Shown here: positions 30,532-39,817 of the stretch, piece by piece | Numbering within the stretch: position 1 is the first letter of the stretch | Layout: each line of letters starts with the position of its first letter | Source: a virus | Lineage: Duplodnaviria > Caudoviricetes | Strand: one strand, 5' to 3' | IMG/VR virus record: IMGVR_UViG_3300032295_003763 | Span: 135,928 to 199,927 of that record | DNA: 64,000 nucleotides | Program-made: the position numbers and the translations under genes | Notes under the pieces: model-generated | The model's input: the letters and a program-made list of their open reading frames with translations, nothing else | What the model was told of the DNA's origin: nothing | Databases searched by the model: none

Positions 30532-32550
30532 TTAACGATTGAATTTGTTTGCTAATTGACTTGCTATGTTTGCAACGAAATCGCTGTTATATCCCAAGTC
30601 ATTAGCGTTACCTACATCAAACTTATTATTTACTGACTCATTAAGATTTACAGTCTTGCCTTTCATTTGATCAAGACCTCTTGTTGACCAGAAATTTTTA
30701 ATTTGATATGCCGTATCCAAACGATACATTTTAGATTGTGCAACGATGCGATTCTTTTCATCTGTATTCATAGATTCCCAAATTGGAGCAAATTCTACAG
30801 GCATTTCCTGTATCCATTTTGGAGCACCATTACTAGATGTTGTCAATGCATTATTCCAAATTCTAATAATATCGCTTTCGCCAAACCAAACACTCTCATT
30901 CAACGCTTTGACGACCTTTTGTTTTTTAGTTTCATCAAGAGCAAGGAAATCGTTTTGTCTAGATTCACTCAAGAGTGACATGAATTGATAGTTATTCTTT
31001 TTAGCTACGGCTTCTACCTTTTGTTTTCTGACAGATTCCAATATAGCATCAATTCTCTCATCGAGTGGTCTATCTTGATTTATATTTAAAGATGTGTTTT
31101 CATTAATTGATTCATTTACAGATTCATTTACAGATTCATTTACTGGATTTGTATTTTCAACAAAACCACCATTAATACTTTCTGCTACATATTCAGTATA
31201 ACGAATAGTATTTTCTAAATGCTCAGACAAATAATCATTGTGTTGAATTGATTTATCCAATGTTTCTGCTAAGTAGTTTGAATACTTTTGTGTATTATCT
31301 ACATTTTCAGCAATATAATCAGCATATTGTAAACCAATATCTAATTTCTCTGAAAGATAATTTGAATAACGGATGTTCTTATCTAAATTTTGTGCCAAAT
31401 AATCTGAATAATTTTGTGATTTATTAAGATTTTCAGCCAAATAGTTTGAATATTGAATACCTTTATCCAAGTTTTCAGCAATATATTCTGTGTAACGAAT
31501 AGCTTCGTTAGTTTTCTTCGCTTGAACTTCAACTTCTTCACCAACATGTTCAGTATATTGGATACTCTTATCCAAACTTTCTGCCAAATAGTTAGTGTAT
31601 TTTTGTGTTCTTTCAACATGTTCAGCAATATGCTCTGAGTAATTAATTGAATTATTTACATTTTCAGCAATATAATTACTATAATCACGAACACTTTGGG
31701 TATTTTCCGCAAGATAATTCGAGTATTCAATGACTTGATCAAGTTTTTCTGCCAAGTAATTAATATACTTAGTCATACGCTCAAACTCTGTTAAGAAATT
31801 CGCCGAAGTTTCGGATACATTTCCAGTCTTCATCTCATCGAGACGCTTTGTGATTCTCTCGAATTCTTTACGGATCTCTTTTGAGTAGTCATTCAAGACT
31901 TCCTCGGTTACATAATGATCCATTTTAGAAGGTTGATTTTTAGATTGCGGTTCTAGATTATCAATAGCATCTTCGACACTCGCATATTTTGAACTCATAT
32001 CATAAATATTGATTGATTCGTTTGTAAATCCCAAAGATTCATTCAATCTTGAGAGTTGTGCATTTGCAAATCCAGGATCTGCAACAAGGTCATATGTAAA
32101 AATTCTTTTAATTTTTACAGATTTATCGGATTCAACGACACCAGCTGCTCTTGATGAAATTGACAATTGAACACCATCATCAATTAAAGCACGAGCATCT
32201 TTACCTGAACGTGTAGATAAAAGACGAACCTTACCAACAACTTGTCTTTTGCCATTATCATATTCAAGACTTTCAATAAGATGTGAAGCTTGTGATAAAC
32301 GAACTTCAAAGTCTTGAGGATGATCCAATTGACCAGTAAGATTACCTAGTTTGATTTTCTCTTGTAGATAATCTAAATGTGGAAGGTATTCCTTTTCTTC
32401 ATAAATTCTTCGGTTATTATTCTCAACGCCAAATTGACAGAATACACCTTCTAAGATATATCTATCATTTTCTTTGTCTTTAACCTGTAATTTATGATTG
32501 CTATTTTCAACAATCAGAACAACTTTTTGTCCATCGAGTGTCATATCCAT
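30532..32550 (-). CDS. gp21: Prohead protease (gp21-like) fused to a scaffold-like coiled coil
   Basis: NNNRRIY, GQLDHP, SH, ISSRAAG, YDLVADPG, then 14-aa repeats. Confidence 0.9.
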   Translation of the reverse strand: MDMTLDGQKVVLIVENSNHKLQVKDKENDRYILEGVFCQFGVENNNRRIYEEKEYLPHLDYLQEKIKLGNLTGQLDHPQDFEVRLSQASHLIESLEYDNGKRQVVGKVRLLSTRSGKDARALIDDGVQLSISSRAAGVVESDKSVKIKRIFTYDLVADPGFANAQLSRLNESLGFTNESINIYDMSSKYASVEDAIDNLEPQSKNQPSKMDHYVTEEVLNDYSKEIRKEFERITKRLDEMKTGNVSETSANFLTEFERMTKYINYLAEKLDQVIEYSNYLAENTQSVRDYSNYIAENVNNSINYSEHIAEHVERTQKYTNYLAESLDKSIQYTEHVGEEVEVQAKKTNEAIRYTEYIAENLDKGIQYSNYLAENLNKSQNYSDYLAQNLDKNIRYSNYLSEKLDIGLQYADYIAENVDNTQKYSNYLAETLDKSIQHNDYLSEHLENTIRYTEYVAESINGGFVENTNPVNESVNESVNESINENTSLNINQDRPLDERIDAILESVRKQKVEAVAKKNNYQFMSLLSESRQNDFLALDETKKQKVVKALNESVWFGESDIIRIWNNALTTSSNGAPKWIQEMPVEFAPIWESMNTDEKNRIVAQSKMYRLDTAYQIKNFWSTRGLDQMKGKTVNLNESVNNKFDVGNANDLGYNSDFVANIASQLANKFNR
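31170..31767 (-). repeat. 14 x 14-aa repeat (consensus YSNYLAENLDKSIQ)
   Basis: Read from the translation; one unit has a 7-aa insertion. Confidence 0.9.
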
Positions 32551-32625
32551 ATGACCCCATATAATTTTAGACCCTAAAAATTAGGGAAAGGTTAGCCTTA
32601 TACTCAAGACTCCCTTTATTTTTTA

Positions 32626-32634
32626 CTATATATG
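32626..32634 (-). promoter_or_regulatory. Late promoter variant CATATATAG for the protease/capsid operon
   Basis: One mismatch to GATATATAG, upstream of 32550. Confidence 0.6.
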
Positions 32635-32720
32635 AGTTATTTTTTACCTTTTTTTTAAAAAAAATGCGTTTTGGAGTGTATTTTGATGTTTTTTGCATAT
32701 TTTTTTATGCAATTTTTTAA

Positions 32721-33605
32721 TTATGCGGTATTTTTATCTGTATTTCCCATAAATAATGAGGACTCTCTCTCTCTTCTTCGTCTTAATCCCTTTTCATATT
32801 TTGTACCCAAATTAATCTTTTCTGTCTTCCATCGTAAAAATGCTTCTTTATATTTCTTTTGATTAATTAAACTAGCAGTCTCAGAACTTGCAAACCCATG
32901 TCCACCAGCATTATATGCAAATGCAACACAAGCAGCGTACATATTTAATGTCATAGGAACATGAATAGCTCCTTTAACAGCTTCCTCAAATCTTTGCAAA
33001 TCACTTTTATAGAGTTCTTCTGCCTTTTCTTGAGTAATCCTTTCCCCCATTTCGTATTGACTATTCAACATATGTCCATACCCAATAGCCCAATGTTTTA
33101 CATCCCAGAACGGTTCAAGTCTTGCTCTACCCTCAAGTCCTCTTATAAAATCTATAGCTTCATCTGTTAAATACCATTTATCCTTTTCAAGATAAACCCC
33201 CTTCATATCTTCCACAACTTCCTTTTTCTGCAAGTCTATAGACCAAGTTGATACAACTGAAAAATCTATATGTGGAAATATTTTTTCAAGTTCTTTAGCT
33301 AAAGAGTCTATTTTTACTATATCTTCTTTTCTTGTTACTATTTTTTCAGATATTTCTATGAAATTAATAGACTGTAATGTTGCAATACCACTAGTACCCC
33401 TTAAGTTATTTACATCTAAAGTTATTCTCACCTCATCATTTGCTTCCAGTATATGAGCACCGTCTTTTAATAGCTTTTGATCGATTGCCTGTACCATTAC
33501 ATCTGGAAATCCCTTTTGTAATAATTCTTCTAATAAATTAAAAGGTACAAATATCTTAATACGATTAGTTACATCTGGACTATTTTCTAGAATCAAAGAT
33601 TTCAT
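32721..33605 (-). CDS. GH24 phage lysozyme with ~140-aa N-terminal extension
   Basis: FIRGLEG..L..FWD..WAIGYGH, AFAYNAG, GLRRRRERE. Confidence 0.88.
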   Translation of the reverse strand: MKSLILENSPDVTNRIKIFVPFNLLEELLQKGFPDVMVQAIDQKLLKDGAHILEANDEVRITLDVNNLRGTSGIATLQSINFIEISEKIVTRKEDIVKIDSLAKELEKIFPHIDFSVVSTWSIDLQKKEVVEDMKGVYLEKDKWYLTDEAIDFIRGLEGRARLEPFWDVKHWAIGYGHMLNSQYEMGERITQEKAEELYKSDLQRFEEAVKGAIHVPMTLNMYAACVAFAYNAGGHGFASSETASLINQKKYKEAFLRWKTEKINLGTKYEKGLRRRRERESSLFMGNTDKNTA

Positions 33606-33624
33606 GTAAGAAATTAATTTGATT

Positions 33625-34356
33625 CTATATATTCAGAATTTTAGTTGAAAATTGAAAATGTTTATCCCATTCTTCTTTTATTCTACAAGGATATTGATAA
33701 TTATGACCCCATTTTCTTTCTTTATTGATTTGACTTAATCTTTTTTCATACAACTTTCGTCTTTCTTCTAATCTTTCAAGGCCGCCTATATTTTTACAAT
33801 GTAGTAATTTTAATGAAGGATATTTATCATATACTATAGCCCCAGATGGAAAACATGCATGGCAACCATGTTTGAATCCGATTTCTTCTATAAGACTTGG
33901 ATCAAAAATTGGTGTTTTGTCATACCATGTATCTCGCATTCCCTTTGTTATTTCAGTCCATATTGGTTTATTTGAATCAGGTAATGTTTCAGACCACATA
34001 GAAAATCCAGTTGTCTGAGGTATACTTATTCCCTTTCTTTTACATGATATTAAAAATGATTCTAAATCTGGGTGATAAATAAATTCATCTAGATCTAATA
34101 CACAAACCCAATCATAATCTCTGAATTCTTTCCAAGCATTATTTTTAATATCTAAATAAACATCGTCCCTAATTTCACCGTTTGTATCATAAACTCTTCT
34201 TTCTACCAAGGGATGTTCATCACATATTTTAGCAGTTTCATCATCAGATTGATTGTCATAGACAATAATTTTTTCGCAAAATTTTTCATAATGATTTAAA
34301 AATATTGGCATTAATGCTTGTTCATTCCAAGCAATTGTAATACATACCATCTTCAT
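33625..34356 (-). CDS. GT2-like glycosyltransferase
   Basis: IAWNE, YDNQSDDET, WVCVLDLDEF. Confidence 0.85.
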   Translation of the reverse strand: MKMVCITIAWNEQALMPIFLNHYEKFCEKIIVYDNQSDDETAKICDEHPLVERRVYDTNGEIRDDVYLDIKNNAWKEFRDYDWVCVLDLDEFIYHPDLESFLISCKRKGISIPQTTGFSMWSETLPDSNKPIWTEITKGMRDTWYDKTPIFDPSLIEEIGFKHGCHACFPSGAIVYDKYPSLKLLHCKNIGGLERLEERRKLYEKRLSQINKERKWGHNYQYPCRIKEEWDKHFQFSTKILNI

Positions 34357-34847
34357 GGTAATTTACCTGTATGTTTAAGAATTATGTATTCTACATATTC
34401 TTCAGAATCTTTTTGATCTCTAATTAAATTTTCCCAGCTTTCTTTAAAATAAAAAGGTACTGGATGAATTCCTATATTAATCCATAATCCAATACACATG
34501 TTTTCTTCTTCATCTTCTACACAATCACCGACACTATGACTTATATCTAAAGAAATAAGTGCTTCAAATATCAGTTCCATAGCTTTTGCTATTTCTTTAA
34601 ATGTTGCTTCTAAATCATCTCCAGCGAAATGTATAGTATCTATCACTGAAACTACATAATCATCTGGGTCTACTCCTTCATCTATTATAGCTTGTTCAGC
34701 AGTTTTTAAGTCTAATTCAAATTCTTCAACACCTAATAGATTAATTATAAGTGTTGGATTACCATCTTCATCTTCACTTTTAATATAAACACCTGACCCC
34801 CATTTATTATTAAAAGCTTCAATTATGTAATCTGAAACATCTATCAT
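34353..34847 (-). CDS. Highly acidic hypothetical protein with an internal two-fold repeat
   Basis: About 38 D/E versus about 10 K/R in 164 aa; ATG 34847 in TAATG overlap. Confidence 0.7.
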   Translation of the reverse strand: MIDVSDYIIEAFNNKWGSGVYIKSEDEDGNPTLIINLLGVEEFELDLKTAEQAIIDEGVDPDDYVVSVIDTIHFAGDDLEATFKEIAKAMELIFEALISLDISHSVGDCVEDEEENMCIGLWINIGIHPVPFYFKESWENLIRDQKDSEEYVEYIILKHTGKLP

Positions 34848-35545
34848 TATGTTCTCCAATTTAATGTATCCAAAACATTATTTCTATTATTAACATCATT
34901 TGATATGTGATAAACCCATTCAGTCTGATATTGTAAATTTTGTGGATACATATAGTTCCAGCATTCTTCAGAATATTCAAAAAATGTATCATTCATATCA
35001 GGCGATATACATCTTGCTGCATAATTAAACAGGGCTTGTTCATAAATTGCATTAAATCTATCATAATTCAATTCTGGCATAATACATCTTACCATATGAC
35101 ATAATCTTCTGAAAGTAGAAATATCAGCTAGCATAAAGCCTGTATTAAAATACATATCTGGTCTTTCTATTATATTCAACATTTGTTGTTGTTGATTAAT
35201 TCTTAAAAGATTATATGTATGTTGATTTAATGTATTTTGGTAATTACCTATTCTCTCATTACCATTTTGAACTGCCCTCAATTTATTAGGAACAATCAAA
35301 GTAAAAGGAGTCGGTGTGTCTTGTCTAATTATGCAATCAGCATCGAAAAATGCTACTTGATCATAATCCTTTACAATATGGTCAATATAAGCTTTTGTAA
35401 AGGTTATACCAAAAGAATCACCTAATATATTTTGATCGAATGAAATAAAATCAGCATCCCATCTTTTAGATGCTTCAATCATCGAATCTTTAGAGTTTTG
35501 ACTTTGGAAATCATTTATATCAATTGTTAAGACTACTCTTTTCAT
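34847..35545 (-). CDS. GT-A fold glycosyltransferase, GT8-like
   Basis: FFDAD, YFNTGFML, YEQALFN, WNY, VYH; ATG 35545 in ATGA overlap. Confidence 0.8.
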   Translation of the reverse strand: MKRVVLTIDINDFQSQNSKDSMIEASKRWDADFISFDQNILGDSFGITFTKAYIDHIVKDYDQVAFFDADCIIRQDTPTPFTLIVPNKLRAVQNGNERIGNYQNTLNQHTYNLLRINQQQQMLNIIERPDMYFNTGFMLADISTFRRLCHMVRCIMPELNYDRFNAIYEQALFNYAARCISPDMNDTFFEYSEECWNYMYPQNLQYQTEWVYHISNDVNNRNNVLDTLNWRT

Positions 35546-36270
35546 TTTGATCTCCAATCATAATCTTTTATGGTGTCTTTTATTTTCCAAAAGTTATATC
35601 CTGTAAAATGCCAGACATAACTATTCATTCTAGGTTCTTCAATAGGAGGCTCTAAATAATTCCAAGATTCATTTATAATAGTTAGATCATTCGGACGTAT
35701 TCCCTGAACAATATAATTAAATAAAGCTTGTTCATAATGTGCAGAAAAAGAAAATATCTCTCGACCATCTGTTAAGGGAAGTGCTTGAGATATAGCTTTA
35801 AAAATAGACTTATGCCTTTTGGTAGAACATAAGAAAAATCCTGAATTGAAGAATTTATCTAAAAAGATTTCTCTAGATATATTCCATCCAAATTGTTGTT
35901 CTAGTATATTATAATAATACTCTTGATTATTATTCTTTACATTAAACCACATCTCTTCATCCTTTTTATATCTTTGTGGATGAATGTCTAATGTAGCATA
36001 AAATTTATTTTCATCTGAAAAAACTTCAAAAGGATTAGGCGTATCAATATGAATCAGCATATCAGAATCAAAATATACAGCCCTTTCGTAACCTTCTATT
36101 TTTTCAAATGAACATATTTTAGCAAAAGATGGATATAATCTAGTGTCAAATATTGTTCGTATTTCTAAATAGTCACATCCCCATCTATCAGCAGCGTGAG
36201 AAATAGATTCTCTAGCATTAGATGACATGTGATTATTTATATTTACTGTCCAAACAAGATTCTTACTCAT
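35542..36270 (-). CDS. GT-A fold glycosyltransferase, GT8-like, paralog of 34847-35545
   Basis: YFDSD, DTPNPF, FFNSGFFL, YEQALFNY, WNY, VWHF. Confidence 0.8.
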   Translation of the reverse strand: MSKNLVWTVNINNHMSSNARESISHAADRWGCDYLEIRTIFDTRLYPSFAKICSFEKIEGYERAVYFDSDMLIHIDTPNPFEVFSDENKFYATLDIHPQRYKKDEEMWFNVKNNNQEYYYNILEQQFGWNISREIFLDKFFNSGFFLCSTKRHKSIFKAISQALPLTDGREIFSFSAHYEQALFNYIVQGIRPNDLTIINESWNYLEPPIEEPRMNSYVWHFTGYNFWKIKDTIKDYDWRSK

Positions 36271-36888
36271 TTAGATATGAACTCCAAGAACTTTTTCAAC
36301 TCTTACATGTCTAAACTCTTTTGAAAGAGCTTCATATGTATAACCATCAGAATAAAACCCTTGCTCTGCTACCCAACCTATCTTTTCAATAGCTTCTCTT
36401 TTTACAACAACTTGTAATGTATCTATACCACCAACAACTATCGGCCAACCTGTAAGAACTTGAGGCGGTTTACCTACCCACGCTTGAAGTGGACCCATAT
36501 GGAGAATCTGACATACAGCAAATCCTACATCTGAATCTGTACCTTCCAATGCACCTACCATCTCTTCAAGGAATTCTGGAAACATTACATTATCATCATC
36601 TAAGAATGCAATGTATTTCCCATTTAACATAGGCATAGCAAGTTTTCTTACCGATGCACCATAATCAGCATGATTCTCTTCTAATTCTATAAATTGTCTT
36701 TTAGGATCATCTTTTGATTTTACTGAAAAATATTCACGCAAAACTGGATCAGGTCCATCTGAAACAATAACATGTTCCCAATCTTGAAATGATTGCCAAT
36801 TAACACAAGCCATGCAACGATTCAGCATTTTTATCCCTCTATTCCAAGTGGGAGTTAAAACGCTTATTGTTGGGTTTTTCTTTTTCAT
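36271..36888 (-). CDS. GT2-family glycosyltransferase
   Basis: ISVLTPTWNR, WEHVIVSDG, YIAFLDDDN. Confidence 0.88.
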   Translation of the reverse strand: MKKKNPTISVLTPTWNRGIKMLNRCMACVNWQSFQDWEHVIVSDGPDPVLREYFSVKSKDDPKRQFIELEENHADYGASVRKLAMPMLNGKYIAFLDDDNVMFPEFLEEMVGALEGTDSDVGFAVCQILHMGPLQAWVGKPPQVLTGWPIVVGGIDTLQVVVKREAIEKIGWVAEQGFYSDGYTYEALSKEFRHVRVEKVLGVHI

Positions 36889-36924
36889 ATAAATCTCTTT
36901 AGAATGTTTTTTATTATATGTTTT

Positions 36925-38235
36925 TTATTTAGTAAAGTTCAATCCGTTATCAATAAAAATTTTAGCAGTTTTATTAACATTACTCTGTTTTATAGATTTT
37001 AAAATTTCTCTACCTATTCTTTGTGCAACATTTACATTAGTAGCTCTGCCCATTAATATCCAGCTTGTTCGCCATCCCAGTGCAACTTTATATTCTTCAG
37101 GAAATCCTTGTAATCTACATAACTCTCTGGGAGAAAGTCTTCTTAAGAACTCATCATTTACCCTTTGTCCAGTTTCTAAAAATTCTGGAGCGTTTATTTC
37201 ATCATATATTAAATTCCTATCCCATCCTTGTCCACCAAATGAAATAGATTTAGATTCTCGTTCTGGATCTAAAATAATAGATGTATATTGATATCCCCTA
37301 TCAAGATTTTTCTTATTCATTTTATTTAAATAATCTAAATGAGTCTGAGTTAAGTAAAGATTTGGATTAGGATTATTTTCTAAAATATCCTTTAGCTTCC
37401 AAACTCTTTTTTCAGGTTTTGGCCAATTGAAAGTTAAAGCAGACAGTGGATTAGCAAATGCTACTATCCACACTCTTTTTCTTAATTGCGGTACTCCATA
37501 ATCAAGTGCATTAAGAAATGATGGGTTTACTACATAGTATCCAGTTTCTTCTTTTAATGTACGACAAGCAACTGCTGTAGAAACCTCTAAAGATTCATCT
37601 CTTTGAGTTTTTCTACATTCTATCATTATTGCTTCTGGTTGTAGTTTATTTATTAATTGTAATAAAAGATACCAGTTAGTATCTGTCATCTTATCAGCCT
37701 TAGGCTTAATACCTTTGTTCAAAGGTAAAGATTCAATATTAACTGAAGACGTTAGTACATCTACTTTGGGGAAATTACCATGATAATTATCTATATTAGT
37801 AAAAGGTATGACACCAAAATTTGAATAGTATGATTTTATAAAACTAGTATGCTCATATTTATCTTCAAATGCAAATGTACACGCTCCACCCTCTTTCATT
37901 AAAGCTACCGTAGCTCCACCAGAATTACAAAATATATCAGCAAACTTGAAATTAAAATGTTCAGGAGGAGGAATAGGTATATCATAATCTATTAAAGTTT
38001 TATCTTTAATACATTCATTCAATATCCTTTTGAAACTTGTACTGATTTTTGATCTTTTTATTATTTGTATAATGTCATCAAAATACAATACTTCCTCATT
38101 AGATATAGCTCTTGAAAATAAATGGGTTATTGCAGAAGCATGAGATGTGTATCTTTTACGAGTTCCTCTAGAAAATTTTTCTATATCTGGAATTTTCCAT
38201 TTTAAATCTTCAAAGATTTTTTTCAAGGAATACAT
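36925..38235 (-). CDS. C5-cytosine DNA methyltransferase homolog, predicted inactive
   Basis: Motifs VIII (YGVPQLRKR) and IX (RLSPRELCRLQGFP) intact; motifs I, IV (PC), VI (ENV) and X (GN) substituted. Confidence 0.85.
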   Translation of the reverse strand: MYSLKKIFEDLKWKIPDIEKFSRGTRKRYTSHASAITHLFSRAISNEEVLYFDDIIQIIKRSKISTSFKRILNECIKDKTLIDYDIPIPPPEHFNFKFADIFCNSGGATVALMKEGGACTFAFEDKYEHTSFIKSYYSNFGVIPFTNIDNYHGNFPKVDVLTSSVNIESLPLNKGIKPKADKMTDTNWYLLLQLINKLQPEAIMIECRKTQRDESLEVSTAVACRTLKEETGYYVVNPSFLNALDYGVPQLRKRVWIVAFANPLSALTFNWPKPEKRVWKLKDILENNPNPNLYLTQTHLDYLNKMNKKNLDRGYQYTSIILDPERESKSISFGGQGWDRNLIYDEINAPEFLETGQRVNDEFLRRLSPRELCRLQGFPEEYKVALGWRTSWILMGRATNVNVAQRIGREILKSIKQSNVNKTAKIFIDNGLNFTK

Positions 38236-38514
38236 TTACCACCTTGGCTCAGATAGGGGACATTTTGTTAATGTTAATCTAGCTTTAGCTTTAATAAAAC
38301 AACCACAAGCCATACAACGCTCTTTTACAGGGTCTCTATAATTACATGATCTACAAATTTCAACTCTTTGTAAATATAATGGATCTGTATCTGATAGTAT
38401 ATGAGATTGATGCTTGGGTTCAGATACCGTATTAGTTACTGTCTGTGTAGTTTCTGATAATTTAGTTGTAGTCTTAATTATATTTTCTTTTGATTTATTA
38501 CAACCACATCCCAT
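38236..38514 (-). CDS. Small Cys-rich, probably Zn-binding protein
   Basis: MGCGC start; R..IC..C, C..CGCFI..K, CP...W. Confidence 0.75.
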   Translation of the reverse strand: MGCGCNKSKENIIKTTTKLSETTQTVTNTVSEPKHQSHILSDTDPLYLQRVEICRSCNYRDPVKERCMACGCFIKAKARLTLTKCPLSEPRW

Positions 38515-38541
38515 ACTTATTCTCCTTAAAAATATTGAAAA

Positions 38542-39807
38542 TTATAAAACTAACCAACGACCTTGAGCACCTGCGGTTGAAGACGAATATACAACTTTTA
38601 CTGCTGCATATGGATTTATTTCTAGATCAGAACCACTTTGAGTCATTATTCTTCTCGATGTTGCTCCAGCAGTTAGAGAATTATTTCTAACAAACATAGA
38701 ATATGCTGTTTCATTAGAAATTATAATGTCTCGTCCATCTGTATTATCTGCAATACCAACCAGAGAAAAAGATGATGTAGGATTACCTCCAATTTTAGCA
38801 AATGATGTATCAGCATTAAGTGTCAGTTCTAAAGCAGTTGAATCATTTTTTGTTATATTTTGATTTACCTTTGGACAATCACAAGGTCCTTGAGGTCCTT
38901 GGACTCCCTGAAAACCTTGTGTACCTTGATCCCCTTGAGGTCCATCTGGCCCTTGATAACCTTGAAAACCTCTAGGTCCAGTTGGACCTTGTTCACCAGT
39001 CGCACCTTGAACTCCCTGTGTACCTTGAGGTCCTTGAGGTCCTTGTGGACCTTGGTTTCCTTGATTACCTCCACCTTGATTACCCTGATTACCCTGTTGT
39101 CCTTGACGACCCTGATTACCTTGAGGTCCAATAATTCCTTGAACACCTTGTAATCCTTGAGATCCTTGAATTCCTTGAACACCCTGAATACCTTGATTCC
39201 CTTGAGGTCCATTCAAACCTTGAGGTCCCGTTCTACCTTGAAAACCTTGTCCTCCAGTTATACTAGCAGGGTATCCTTTTTCTCCTTCATATTTATATGC
39301 AGTAACCGCACATGGATTAGATATAGAAACGCCTTCTGGTAATCCATTAAAAAATGTAATGACACCTGAATTATAATTAAAAATCCAATCATTTTGTCCC
39401 AATGGGATAGGTAACCATGTTGATGTACCTATATCGTATTTCCAAACTTTTGCTTGATAATCTACTCCAAACAAACTAGGAGGAATACAATCTTTCAAAT
39501 CACCAGTAGAATCATAAAACGCATTATCACTACCTTCATCAAATGTTAAAGCATATTTATGATATTTGGTAAATATTAGATCTCCTGAATCAGAATATGT
39601 TGTACCATCTGGGACAGCATCAGATTTATGAGGATTAGTTGCAGGTATTCTATCAGAATCTATCCAAAGCTGATTTGGATTAATTGGCATTACTTCTGAA
39701 AATGATTCTTCAAAATGCTCAAGACTTATATTTGTTGTAGCTTTATTAGCTTCAACTATATTATAGGTTACATGACTTTTTTGATTAGGGGTTAATCCAG
39801 TACTCAT
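38542..39807 (-). CDS. Collagen-like virion protein with a central ~125-aa triple-helix region
   Basis: G-X-Q repeats ending QGPCDCPK, globular domains on both sides. Confidence 0.85.
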   Translation of the reverse strand: MSTGLTPNQKSHVTYNIVEANKATTNISLEHFEESFSEVMPINPNQLWIDSDRIPATNPHKSDAVPDGTTYSDSGDLIFTKYHKYALTFDEGSDNAFYDSTGDLKDCIPPSLFGVDYQAKVWKYDIGTSTWLPIPLGQNDWIFNYNSGVITFFNGLPEGVSISNPCAVTAYKYEGEKGYPASITGGQGFQGRTGPQGLNGPQGNQGIQGVQGIQGSQGLQGVQGIIGPQGNQGRQGQQGNQGNQGGGNQGNQGPQGPQGPQGTQGVQGATGEQGPTGPRGFQGYQGPDGPQGDQGTQGFQGVQGPQGPCDCPKVNQNITKNDSTALELTLNADTSFAKIGGNPTSSFSLVGIADNTDGRDIIISNETAYSMFVRNNSLTAGATSRRIMTQSGSDLEINPYAAVKVVYSSSTAGAQGRWLVL

Positions 39808-39817
39808 AGTTTATTTA

